From Dehalococcoidia bacterium (GTDB lineage Bacteria > Chloroflexota > Dehalococcoidia > DSTF01 > WHTK01): a stretch of 64,000 bases of DNA. A program made the position numbers and the translations under genes. The notes under the pieces are model-generated. The model was not told the DNA's origin, ran no database searches, and worked only from the letters and a program-made list of their open reading frames with translations. The stretch covers positions 227,594 through 291,593 of the forward strand of contig CBDCMQ010000007.1 in assembly GCA_965219205.1 (NCBI GenBank). The letters run 5' to 3'. Positions 38,415 through 47,294 of the stretch are shown here, in pieces (position 1 is the first letter of the stretch; every line of letters begins with the position of its first letter).

Positions 38415-38735
38415 ATGGCAACGGGGGATTTGATGACTGCGGCCGTGGGCAAGCGTTACGTTGCGGCTTCTGGAGCCGAGATAATTATTACCAAGGGGAG
38501 TTCCGGTAGTCTCAGCGATGGTGACGAGCCCCTGAGCGTCAAGGACGAGACAAATCCCTTGCCGGCGAACTCGGCTGTCGCCCGAAAAGAGCCTGTGCTT
38601 CAGCTGGGCAAGCGCTACAGGTCAGCAGACGGCGAAGTTGAGTTGCTGGTAATCAAGCCCGGAGTCTGCGACTTGCGGTACGATGGTGAACCTATGCATC
38701 TTCTTAGTCCAAAGATTTTGCCCTCCGCAGACTGA
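38415..38735 (+). CDS. Small hypothetical protein with internal duplication
   Basis: GKRYVAASGAEIIITKG..GSLS..DEPL and GKRYRSADGEVELLVIKPG..DL...GEPM. Confidence 0.7.
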   Translation: MATGDLMTAAVGKRYVAASGAEIIITKGSSGSLSDGDEPLSVKDETNPLPANSAVARKEPVLQLGKRYRSADGEVELLVIKPGVCDLRYDGEPMHLLSPKILPSAD

Positions 38736-38815
38736 CCCGCAGACAGCATAGGTCGCCGGCGAAACCGAGACTCGTCCCCCAGGATTTGATTGGAAGCGGG
38801 GCTACACCCGGTCTG

Positions 38816-39391
38816 TCAGCCTGATTGGGACTGAGCTTTCTCCTTGTGGCGCTCCAGGACAAAGACGTCTACCGACTCCACGTACTCACGCCGAAACGCC
38901 GCGTAATACGTGCGCAACATCTGGTTCATCTCCCGCTGTGGCACAATGCGGCGTTCAAATTCGGAGTCCTCGGGAAAGTCCGCGATACCTCCGACCTCGA
39001 CACCATACATGACCTGGTATGTGGTGGTTCCAGCCTCCTCAGTTTTTGAGTGGGTCGTGGCGCGACAGCGGAAGTGCCCAAGGTGGGTCGCCTTTGGCTC
39101 AAGAATCCCCGCCTGAGCGAGAGCAACCCGCTCAATCGCCTCTTCGGCATCTTCAGCTTCGCCAACTTCACCCTCTGGCAGCCACAGGCGGCCCTCCCGC
39201 CAGGCAAGAACCGGGCGGTCGCCACGATAAGGAGCCAGCGTTACTTTGGTTACCACAGCGTCCGCCGGTAGTTCCGACTTCTCCCAAAGAGCCCAAATCT
39301 CGTCGCCAAAGTGCTTGTCCGTGTAACCTGTCAAACCGTGGACTTTGGGCGGCGGCATATTTTGCGGGTTGAAGTTGTCCATTTCAGACAT
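38816..39391 (-). CDS. Degenerate NUDIX-fold-like protein
   Basis: WLPEGEVGEAEDAEEAIERVALAQAGI resembles a degenerate Nudix box; GGGAG RBS. Confidence 0.55.
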   Translation of the reverse strand: MSEMDNFNPQNMPPPKVHGLTGYTDKHFGDEIWALWEKSELPADAVVTKVTLAPYRGDRPVLAWREGRLWLPEGEVGEAEDAEEAIERVALAQAGILEPKATHLGHFRCRATTHSKTEEAGTTTYQVMYGVEVGGIADFPEDSEFERRIVPQREMNQMLRTYYAAFRREYVESVDVFVLERHKEKAQSQSG

Positions 39392-39674
39392 AAGTGAACT
39401 CCCGGTAAATTACAAAATAATCTGGAGTTAAGGCCGCCGGGCTAGCGCGACATGAATACTTTACCGCTTTTCAACGCCAGCGGGTATGGCGGCTCGCTGC
39501 CCTGACCGACAGCCCCGCTTTTCAAGGAAACCTATCGGCAAAGATCGTGCAGTAAAAGACTGGAACTAAAACTAGTCAATGGCTGGCTGCAGGCTCCGAC
39601 GCGATAACAGCCAAGTAAGGTAGCGGACAGGTCTGGGCTGTACAACTCGGGCGAGGAGATTTGTCCCCTCCGGT

Positions 39675-40883
39675 CTAGAGTCTTCCCTGAGGCTGAGGGG
39701 CATTTTCCTGATATTGGGCCCAGTTGTCCGCCGCCATATACTCTGCCCAACAGCGATACATCCAGAGTTGGGTATGCTCGGTCATTTTGGCATCGATACG
39801 CGGTGGCTGACCCTCGTCCTGAATGATCTCGCCCTGACCCAGGTTCATGGCGTAATGATAGGGATATTTGCGACCGATTTGACCCTCGGCTCCCGTAGTG
39901 CAATCCATCCAGTTCTCACCATCCTCGAGACCAAAGAATCCGGCGGCACCCAAGTGGTGATTCTGGCGGAGATGCGTATTGCTCTTCTTATCCTCGTCCC
40001 AATCAGCGCCATAGAAGCTGAATCGCCAAAGTTCGGTGCTGTGCGATCCCTTCGGCATACGCATCTCGATTTCGCTGCCATTGAAAAACAGGTTGGGGAA
40101 CAAGCTCCTGGCTGAATTCTCCATCGCGCAATGACCGAATTCGGACAGGTAGATCGCCCGCACCGGGTTTGGGTCCTGGTTGGGGTTTGGCGGCGGACCG
40201 TATTGGACGCCGCCCATTTTCGGCGAAGCGTGAGTTATGCCCACGTGATAAAAATCCCAGTTGTTGTCGTGCGCCAGCTTCCAATTCGCTGGAAGCACGT
40301 ATTTTGACACGCCTCCCCAGGCGACCATGTCACCCTGGTCGGCGAAGGCATCTATTCCCAGGCGGCCGGCTCCATCGAGAAAGTCATTGAGACTCGGCGC
40401 CTCCGGGTCCATGTTGGCGAAGATTAAGCCCCGATAGCTATCGACCTGCGCCGCCGTGATCAATCCCCAGCTCTCGCGATCGAGCTCTTCGTGGTAAACC
40501 TCTTTGAAGCCGGGGACACCGACAAGGGCGCCTTGCAAGTCATAGGTCCAACCGTGATAGGTGCACATGAAAGAGGTGGCGTGACCCTCCTCAGCCCGGC
40601 AGATGGCGTTGCCGCGGTGGCGGCAGGAGTTGATCAAGACTTGAGCCCGGCCATCATTATCGCGAACGCAAATCACGCGATCCTCACCGATCAGGCTCAT
40701 GAAAAAGTCGCCTGGATTGGGGATCTGAGAATCATGGCAGATGAAGTTCCAGGTCCTGGCAAAGATCCGTTCCAGCTCAAGTTGGTAAATCGTTTCGTCA
40801 GCAAAAATCTGACGGGCAACGAGGCCGGCGTCCTTATCGACAAAGCCGCGGAAGTCTGACGCCTGGGGAACTTCAAGGGTCAT
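39675..40883 (-). CDS. Aromatic ring-hydroxylating Rieske oxygenase, alpha subunit
   Basis: Rieske CRHRG...CTYHGW; mononuclear Fe site NWK..DFYHVGITH...EDGENW. Confidence 0.92.
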   Translation of the reverse strand: MTLEVPQASDFRGFVDKDAGLVARQIFADETIYQLELERIFARTWNFICHDSQIPNPGDFFMSLIGEDRVICVRDNDGRAQVLINSCRHRGNAICRAEEGHATSFMCTYHGWTYDLQGALVGVPGFKEVYHEELDRESWGLITAAQVDSYRGLIFANMDPEAPSLNDFLDGAGRLGIDAFADQGDMVAWGGVSKYVLPANWKLAHDNNWDFYHVGITHASPKMGGVQYGPPPNPNQDPNPVRAIYLSEFGHCAMENSARSLFPNLFFNGSEIEMRMPKGSHSTELWRFSFYGADWDEDKKSNTHLRQNHHLGAAGFFGLEDGENWMDCTTGAEGQIGRKYPYHYAMNLGQGEIIQDEGQPPRIDAKMTEHTQLWMYRCWAEYMAADNWAQYQENAPQPQGRL

Positions 40884-41399
40884 GTGCTACTCCTGAGATT
40901 CGGTGCAGAGCAAGAACCAGCGTCACACGCGGTCCAGAACTGGTTGACAGGTCAAGGAGCAGTCTGGCCAGGTGACTCCAGGTTGTCAAGGAAGGATAGA
41001 TGAGCAAGGAACAGGACCCGCGAAGTGTCCATGGGCGATGGATAGCTACACCAAGCTGGTACCAGCGAAGCGAAACGACCATCCCTGGCTCCCGACGGCA
41101 ACGCTGAAGGTTTGGCCGCGGGGTATTCAGCCGGATACAGGGACCGGGATGCCGAAGGAACGGCCCCCAGCGGCGTCCGAGTGCGTAGAGTGATATTGGA
41201 GACCGATCTGGGTTGCGAAGCCGTCAGCATGCCCCCGGCTCTCACCGTCACCAGGCCCGACGAGGTAAGCGCCACCGGCAGTAGCCACCAGAATGGCGAC
41301 TGCGAAGAAACCCAGAATCATATGCATCGGTCTCACAAGCCCAAATAGTAAATAGTAAATGGGCAACAATCTTTGTCAATGCAGTCACATTGAGCGAAT

Positions 41400-41648
41400 A
41401 TGAATCGGCCAAGCTTTATATATCGGAGAATGCACTTCCGGCCTGACGTAATTGAGAATGTGCTGTGCCTTTCCCCAAATCGCCACGTATTGCTGGATAC
41501 GGGCTCCATCTTTATCAGCGATGATTTTGATGTCATCGAAACGGAAGCCGGCAAAAGAGTCGCGATCCTACGTTCTAGCCCTACGCATCAATTATCGGTA
41601 ACCGCTTTAGTCTTTAAAGAACAAATCCCACGGATTGAGGAAGGGTGA
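41400..41648 (+). CDS. Hypothetical protein in low-GC patch
   Basis: 82-aa ORF in an AT-richer stretch next to the tRNA 3' end; no recognisable motif. Confidence 0.3.
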   Translation: MNRPSFIYRRMHFRPDVIENVLCLSPNRHVLLDTGSIFISDDFDVIETEAGKRVAILRSSPTHQLSVTALVFKEQIPRIEEG

Positions 41649-41741
41649 ATGACTTGCCAATCCGGTTTGCGAAAGGGATGCAATTGCTCAAATACCTAAT
41701 GAACATCGGGGGCGTTAGGGCCACATTTAGATTCAAAAATC

Positions 41742-41819
41742 TGGTCGGGGTGCGCAGATTCGAACTGCGGGCCTCATGGTCCCAAACCAAGCGCTCTGAC
41801 CTGACTGAGCTACACCCCG
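41742..41819 (-). tRNA. tRNA-Pro(TGG)
   Basis: Reverse complement CGGGGTGTAGCTCAGTCAGGTCAGAGCGCTTGGTTTGGGACCATGAGGCCCGCAGTTCGAATCTGCGCACCCCGACCA. Confidence 0.95.
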
Positions 41820-41832
41820 GTGCTATCGGTTT

Positions 41833-42213
41833 TTAGTCTACACGCTGTGTGCAGCTAGGGCAGTCCCAGCTCTCGCTGTGACTAAATTCGCAGCTCCGGC
41901 AGTCCCAGCTGGTTGCGGGATCTAGCCAGCGCCGAGCGGTTGGATCCCAATGTCTGTGCTCGTGCTCAAGCTCGATTGGCCCGTGGCAGCGCGGGCACTC
42001 ACCGCTCAACAGGGTCTCGAGACGCCGCTCTTTCAGATGGCTCGATAGGACGAGGGCTGTGCCAGAAAAAGCCACCGCCAAGCCCAGGATGCCGCCGGCC
42101 TCAGACGAAAGCAGCCGCGAACCGATCACGAACGCCGCGAAGCCCAAAGCTCCCGCGGCCAGCCCCGAAAGCGCCATTTCCAGGCCTCGACTAAGGTTGG
42201 TCATTGGCCTCAA
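41833..42213 (-). CDS. Two-TM membrane protein with Cys-rich C-terminal zinc ribbons
   Basis: Two hydrophobic helices, then CPRC, CRSC, CPSC. Confidence 0.65.
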   Translation of the reverse strand: MRPMTNLSRGLEMALSGLAAGALGFAAFVIGSRLLSSEAGGILGLAVAFSGTALVLSSHLKERRLETLLSGECPRCHGPIELEHEHRHWDPTARRWLDPATSWDCRSCEFSHSESWDCPSCTQRVD

Positions 42214-42216
42214 TGT

Positions 42217-43167
42217 CTACTCCCGGCGGCCGGCGCCACAAATCTCGGCAATGTTGGCCACCGAATTCTCAGCGGAGTAGCTCTCGATGCCGTCCAGCAC
42301 TTCGATCGGCGCCAGCGGGTTGGCGAAAGTCGCGGTGCCGACCTGCACGGCGCAGGCACCGGCGAGGATGAACTCGAGTGCATCGCGCGCCGTGCTGATC
42401 CCGCCGCAGCCAATTACGGGAACCTCCACCGCCCCTGCTACCTGGTAGACCTGGCGCAAGGCAACCGGCTTCAAGGCAGGGCCAGACAGGCCGGCAAAGG
42501 TGCGAGCAATGACTGGCTGGCGGCTTTCAAGGTCAACCGCCATGGCCTGTAGGGTGTTGCCAACACAGAGCGAGTCGGCACCTGCCTCGACCACCGCCCG
42601 CGCCACAACTCTGGGGTCGGCGACATTGGGTGTCAGCTTGACGATCAGCGGCAGCGTAGTTGCTCGTACAACGGCGCGGGTTACGGCAGCGGCAGTTTCC
42701 GGATCCTGGCCAAACTCCATGCCGCCGCGCTGCGCGTTCGGGCTGCTGATATTCAGCTCAACTCCGGCCAGACCATCGACATCTTCGAGCCTCGACGCCA
42801 TCTCAGCGTATTCCTCGGGAGTCGAGCCGATAATGCTCACGACGACGGGAACCTTCCAGGTCGCGTAAACCGGAGCCAAATCTCGCAGCAGGGCACTTAC
42901 GCCAACGTTCTGCATCGAAATGGCGTTGAGCATGCCACCCGGCGTCTCGGCAATACGCGGCGGTGGCGCACCGCGTTGCGGTGTCAGAGTGGTTGTTTTG
43001 GTGACGATACCGCCGAGACGCTGAATATCGAACACCTTGGCATACTCAAGACCGTATGAAAACGTCCCCGACGCCACCATCACCGGATTTGGCAACACCA
43101 GACTTCGTTTCGCCCCCGGCGCCAAATCGACGGCCAGGTCCGTGGCCGGAGAGCCGGATTCAATCAC
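42217..43167 (-). CDS. pyrD: Dihydroorotate dehydrogenase (class 1B catalytic subunit)
   Basis: NPVMVASGT, GMLNAI, ELNISSPN, VKLTPN, GLSGPALKP, VQVGTA; GTG start 43167. Confidence 0.93.
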   Translation of the reverse strand: MIESGSPATDLAVDLAPGAKRSLVLPNPVMVASGTFSYGLEYAKVFDIQRLGGIVTKTTTLTPQRGAPPPRIAETPGGMLNAISMQNVGVSALLRDLAPVYATWKVPVVVSIIGSTPEEYAEMASRLEDVDGLAGVELNISSPNAQRGGMEFGQDPETAAAVTRAVVRATTLPLIVKLTPNVADPRVVARAVVEAGADSLCVGNTLQAMAVDLESRQPVIARTFAGLSGPALKPVALRQVYQVAGAVEVPVIGCGGISTARDALEFILAGACAVQVGTATFANPLAPIEVLDGIESYSAENSVANIAEICGAGRRE

Positions 43168-43243
43168 GAGGTCATTATATAGGTTGAAGCTTGCTATTCT
43201 GGAGCGCACGCCACGCCCGAGACGCGTTCCAGTGCGATGAGAA

Positions 43244-43275
43244 GAGGCCCCTCTCGCGAGGGGCCTCTGAAAAAC
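43244..43275. terminator. Strong hairpin between the small Zn-protein gene and pyrD
   Basis: AGAGGCCCCTC-TCGC-GAGGGGCCTCT. Confidence 0.6.
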
Positions 43276-43302
43276 CACGTACTTCGGCCGCGGCGCCGGT
43301 CG

Positions 43303-43557
43303 CTATTCGTCAGCCTGAGGCGTTGCCGCCGGCACTGCCGGCCGGTTGCCGCCACTCATCTTGCCGATGCTGCGCATCGGGTCACCTTCCCACATTGAAT
43401 CCCCAGCCGAGTTACGAAATTCGCGGACCTCGTCGCAAACCTTACAGTGGCCAAAACTGGTTGCTCCGTGAGGACTTTCAATTACCCAGTGGTGCCGGCA
43501 GGTTGGCTCCTGCGGCTCCTCTACGGGATCGAGTTCTTCTACTATTGTCTGAGTCAT
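43303..43557 (-). CDS. Small putative zinc-binding protein (84 aa)
   Basis: CRHHWVIESPHGATSFGHCKVCDEVREFRNS; GGAGGTG RBS before ATG 43557. Confidence 0.75.
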   Translation of the reverse strand: MTQTIVEELDPVEEPQEPTCRHHWVIESPHGATSFGHCKVCDEVREFRNSAGDSMWEGDPMRSIGKMSGGNRPAVPAATPQADE

Positions 43558-43775
43558 TCCCCACCTCCTATATCCATGTTCCACCGCCACTCTTACTAGT
43601 TCATACGTTCCCCGTGCAGTATTGGATCGTCTGTAGCCAACTAAATTTACAAGGGGGTAGCGCGTGGTCAAGGTTTTTAAGTAAAATACCTTAGAACCAT
43701 TATTAAAGGATGTTAATCATTTCCAAATAAACGAACACTCCCTATAATCGGGATGGTGGGCTCCAGTACTTAGTT

Positions 43776-44453
43776 ATCCAGACGACCAAGCAGCAACTCC
43801 TAATCCTTCTCAAGAGATCCGGCAAGATCAGCGTTGAACAGGCCGCTTTGGACTTGTCCATCGCTTCGATGACGGCACGCCGGCACCTGGTTGACCTTGA
43901 GCGAGACGGACTCATTCTTGCCGCCAAGGCCAAGCGTTCCACCGGTCGCCCGCATCACGTCTACTCTTTGACGCCAAAGGGCGAGCAAATATTCCCTCGC
44001 CGCTATGACGTCCTGGCTCAAATCCTTCTGGAAGAAATTGGCTCGCTGGACCCCGACGATATTTCTGCCCTCAGTTCGGAGCAAAAACAATCTCTGCTTA
44101 TCCTCCGAACCGCCGATCGTCTCGCGGCGCGCTACGAATTTCCCGTCGAGGGTCGTTCCTTGCAGGAACGGGGCGAGGCCGTGACGGATATTCTTCACCT
44201 CATCGGTGGATTCGCCGAGTGGCACAACACAAGCGCTGGCCTTGAAATACGCGACCACAACTGTGTGTTCGCTAGCCTCGCGCCGCACAAAGAGGACGGC
44301 GAATGCGAATGGCACGTGCGCCTGCTCACTCAGTTGCTAAAATGGCCAGTGCGGCACGAACCGGCAGGGAGCGATGGGGCTGAGTGCTGTCGATACTTAA
44401 TTGATGCGAATGCCGCTGGCATCATGGGTGAAGGGATGAGGCCGAATGCCTGA
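43776..44453 (+). CDS. SufR-like HTH transcriptional regulator (probable ATC start)
   Basis: wHTH TKQQLLILLK...ARRHLVDLERDGLI...GRPHHVYSLT..G...FPRRY; C-terminal Cys HNC..C..CC. Confidence 0.8.
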   Translation: MQTTKQQLLILLKRSGKISVEQAALDLSIASMTARRHLVDLERDGLILAAKAKRSTGRPHHVYSLTPKGEQIFPRRYDVLAQILLEEIGSLDPDDISALSSEQKQSLLILRTADRLAARYEFPVEGRSLQERGEAVTDILHLIGGFAEWHNTSAGLEIRDHNCVFASLAPHKEDGECEWHVRLLTQLLKWPVRHEPAGSDGAECCRYLIDANAAGIMGEGMRPNA

Positions 44454-45513
44454 AAGCATCAACGAGAGCGCGGTCATGAGTGCGCTGGGTCAGATCGAGG
44501 ACCCGGAAATCCACCGTGACATTATTTCTCTCAACATGGTCAGGGATCTGAGCATCGAAGGCTCCAGCGTTTCGATGACCCTGGTTCTGACCACGCCTGC
44601 CTGTCCGTTGAGTGGGCCGTTCAAGGAATCGGTGGAATCTGCTCTTCTGGCCGTGCCTGGTGTCACCGAAGTAAATGTTGCGATGGATGCTGAGGTGCGC
44701 GCTCACCGTGGCGCAGCCGAACGCAAGCCAGTAGAAGGCGTCAAGAACATAATCGCGGTCGCATCCAACAAAGGCGGCGTTGGCAAGTCGACGGTCGCCA
44801 CGAACCTCGCGGTCGGTCTAGCCGCACGCGGCGCCAAAGTTGGTCTGCTTGATGCTGACATTACCGGTCCCAATATCCCGACCATGATGGGTTTTGAGGC
44901 CGGCTTCATGAACGGCGAATCGGGCGGCCTCAAGCCTCAGGACAAGTTCGGGGTCCGGGTCTGCTCGCTCGGCTTCGCCCTGCCAAAGGGCACACCCGTA
45001 GTGTGGCGCGGTCCGATGATTGGTACCGCGGTACGCGACTTTTTGCATAACATCCCGTGGGGCGAACTTGACTACCTGATTGTAGACCTCCCACCTGGTA
45101 CATCAGACGCATCGATGAGCATGGTCCAAGAAGCACCAATCGCCGGCGCGGTAATCATAAGTACGCCTCAAACGGTCGCGCTCGAAGACGCGACGAAAGC
45201 GGTTGCAATGTTCGATAAAATGCAGGTGCCTGTGTTTGGCGTCGTGGAGAACATGAGCTACTTCATTGCACCGGACACGGGAAATCGCTACGAAATATTC
45301 GGGCACGGGGGTGCGATGGCTGCAGCCGAGGAGTTGGGCCTCGAATTTCTCGGTGAGATCCCGCTCGATCAAGCCACACGAGAGGCCAGCGACCAGGGCG
45401 CACCTGTGGTGGCCAGCGCGCCCGGGTCAACTACCGGACTTGCCTTCCTGACCCTAGCGGAAAAAGTTGCAGCACGCTGCAGCATCCAGAGTTTTATTGA
45501 GGAGACTACGTAA
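44446..45513 (+). CDS. mrp: Mrp/ApbC iron-sulfur cluster carrier ATPase
   Basis: DUF59 (DPE, LTTPACPL), NKGGVGKST, WRGPM, DLPPGTSD, VENMSYF. Confidence 0.95.
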   Translation: MPESINESAVMSALGQIEDPEIHRDIISLNMVRDLSIEGSSVSMTLVLTTPACPLSGPFKESVESALLAVPGVTEVNVAMDAEVRAHRGAAERKPVEGVKNIIAVASNKGGVGKSTVATNLAVGLAARGAKVGLLDADITGPNIPTMMGFEAGFMNGESGGLKPQDKFGVRVCSLGFALPKGTPVVWRGPMIGTAVRDFLHNIPWGELDYLIVDLPPGTSDASMSMVQEAPIAGAVIISTPQTVALEDATKAVAMFDKMQVPVFGVVENMSYFIAPDTGNRYEIFGHGGAMAAAEELGLEFLGEIPLDQATREASDQGAPVVASAPGSTTGLAFLTLAEKVAARCSIQSFIEETT

Positions 45514-46788
45514 CTGTCTGAATGGCTATCTTTCCTGAATCGATCTAACAAAACCTCCGACTCAGCGGGCGAAGCGCCGGCCGAGACGGAACCAAAGCCA
45601 CGTCGAGGACGTGCGCGACGCGGCACAACCGCCGCATCTGAAGCGTCGACAGAAGAAAAAACCCCTACGGAGGCCGCGGCCATCGCCGAACCCGAGGCCG
45701 ACCCCGCCCAAGCGGCTGAGACACCAAAGCCACGGGCCCCACGACGTTCGCCGCGGGCTCCACGTCAAACCGCGGATAAGGCGGTCGAGGAGGCCACGAC
45801 GCCGAAGTCATCCCGAGCGGCAACGGCCAGCGAGCCCGAGGCATCGACTGCTGCCGCCCCGGCGCCGCGCCGCAGCCCAAGGTCTCGCTCCACCGCAGCT
45901 CCGGCAGAGAAAGTCCAGTCCGAGCCCGAACCGCCGTCTACGGATTCCGCGGCGCAGTCGGAGCCACCGTCTGAAGGCGAGACTTCAGCCGGTGAGCGCC
46001 GTCCGCCCAGCGGCGGATCTCGGACACGAGGCCGCGGTCCCCGTAGAGGCTCCGAAACCGCGCGCCCGCAGACAGCACCACCGCGAACTGGTGAGACTGC
46101 TCAGCCTAGAAGTCAACCAGCTTCACAGCCACGCGGCAACGGCCAGGCGCCTCGCGGCGGCAGTGTTGAATCTCTTATCGCCCGCCAAAACGTTCTGTTT
46201 GAGGAGTTCACAAACCAGCAGGCACAGACACTGCGCGATTTGCAGCGCTCGATTGGTGCGGCTGGCGGCGGCTCTGGGCCGGGCGTCAGCGCCGTAGGCC
46301 TGCCTAAGGTCGGGATCTTCCTCGACGTTCCCAACCTGATTTATGCCGCCGAGCTGGTCGGGGCTCGAGTCCACTTTGGCAAACTGCTTGATTACCTAAC
46401 CGAGGGCCGCCAACTCGTGCGTGCTACTGCTTACGCGCCGATTACCGACGACCCAGCCACTCGTTTCGAATCACAACGTTTCGTCGCCCCAGTAGTCAAT
46501 CAGGGCTACAAGGTAGTCACCAAACCTTGGAAGCGATTCGCCGACGGCGGGATGAAGGCAAACTTCGATATTGAGTTGGCGGTGGATATCATGACCATGT
46601 CTGATCGCCTTGACATCGTCGTCCTAATGTCAGGCGACGGCGATTTCCGCCGCGCGGTCGAGTTGGTTGAGAGCAAAGGAGTACGAGTTGAAGTTGTCGC
46701 CTTCGCCGCCAGCACCGCCATGGAGCTACGCGTCGTCGCAGACTCCTTCACTGACCTTAGCTCGATTCTAAACCTGGTTGGCGAATGA
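45514..46788 (+). CDS. NYN (LabA/DUF88) domain protein with long disordered N-terminus (probable CTG start, 424 aa)
   Basis: Frame open from CTG 45514 (GGAG 9 nt upstream); IFLDVPNL, KANFDIELAVD, SGDGDF, GVRVEV, ADSFTDL. Confidence 0.8.
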   Translation: MSEWLSFLNRSNKTSDSAGEAPAETEPKPRRGRARRGTTAASEASTEEKTPTEAAAIAEPEADPAQAAETPKPRAPRRSPRAPRQTADKAVEEATTPKSSRAATASEPEASTAAAPAPRRSPRSRSTAAPAEKVQSEPEPPSTDSAAQSEPPSEGETSAGERRPPSGGSRTRGRGPRRGSETARPQTAPPRTGETAQPRSQPASQPRGNGQAPRGGSVESLIARQNVLFEEFTNQQAQTLRDLQRSIGAAGGGSGPGVSAVGLPKVGIFLDVPNLIYAAELVGARVHFGKLLDYLTEGRQLVRATAYAPITDDPATRFESQRFVAPVVNQGYKVVTKPWKRFADGGMKANFDIELAVDIMTMSDRLDIVVLMSGDGDFRRAVELVESKGVRVEVVAFAASTAMELRVVADSFTDLSSILNLVGE

Positions 46789-46807
46789 TCCGAAAGCTGA
46801 TCATCAA

Positions 46808-46845
46808 GAAAGAGGGTGGCCTGTTCGCCACCCTCTTTCTTTTTA
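46808..46845 (+). terminator. Intrinsic (likely bidirectional) terminator
   Basis: GAAAGAGGGTGGC-CTGTTC-GCCACCCTCTTTC-TTTTT between convergent genes. Confidence 0.8.
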
Positions 46846-46865
46846 CTTCCGAGTTTTTGGCCTGG

Positions 46866-47294
46866 TTAGAGCTCGCCGCGATTGGCGCGGGCAACAAACG
46901 ACTCCAGACTTAGAATGCTCAGCTTCTCCTCATGACGCAGAAACGGCAACAGGCCGTCGGTAAAAAAGTCGCGTAAGGACCAGCTTGGCCCGCCAAGCAC
47001 AAGGTAAGCCCGAGCGTAGCGCCCGGGCTCTTGTAAGACCGCATCGATCAAGCACAACGCCTCATAGGGTACTTTTTGCTCAGCCGTTCCCGAAACTTGC
47101 TGCCACTTAAGCGATATCAGAAAACCGACCTGCTCCTGGTCGTAAGCCACCATATCTACGATGTGCTTTCCGCCACCCAGCCTCTCACCGATCTCGACCT
47201 GACGAAAATACTCATATCCGCCGCGTTCGATCGCTGGCAGAACCATCTGCTCCATGACAGCGCCGGTCTTGGTATCTCGGCGGCTGACGGTCAC
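46866..47294 (-). CDS. PD-(D/E)XK nuclease, putative restriction endonuclease
   Basis: E...VD...ISLKWQQVSGTAEQKVPYE; coupled to the MTase by GTGA overlap. Confidence 0.72.
   Translation of the reverse strand: MTVSRRDTKTGAVMEQMVLPAIERGGYEYFRQVEIGERLGGGKHIVDMVAYDQEQVGFLISLKWQQVSGTAEQKVPYEALCLIDAVLQEPGRYARAYLVLGGPSWSLRDFFTDGLLPFLRHEEKLSILSLESFVARANRGEL

Noticed and set aside
45611-46297. 228-aa Arg-rich ORF
   Set aside because: Alternative-frame shadow of the NYN N-terminal region, which is continuous with the conserved domain
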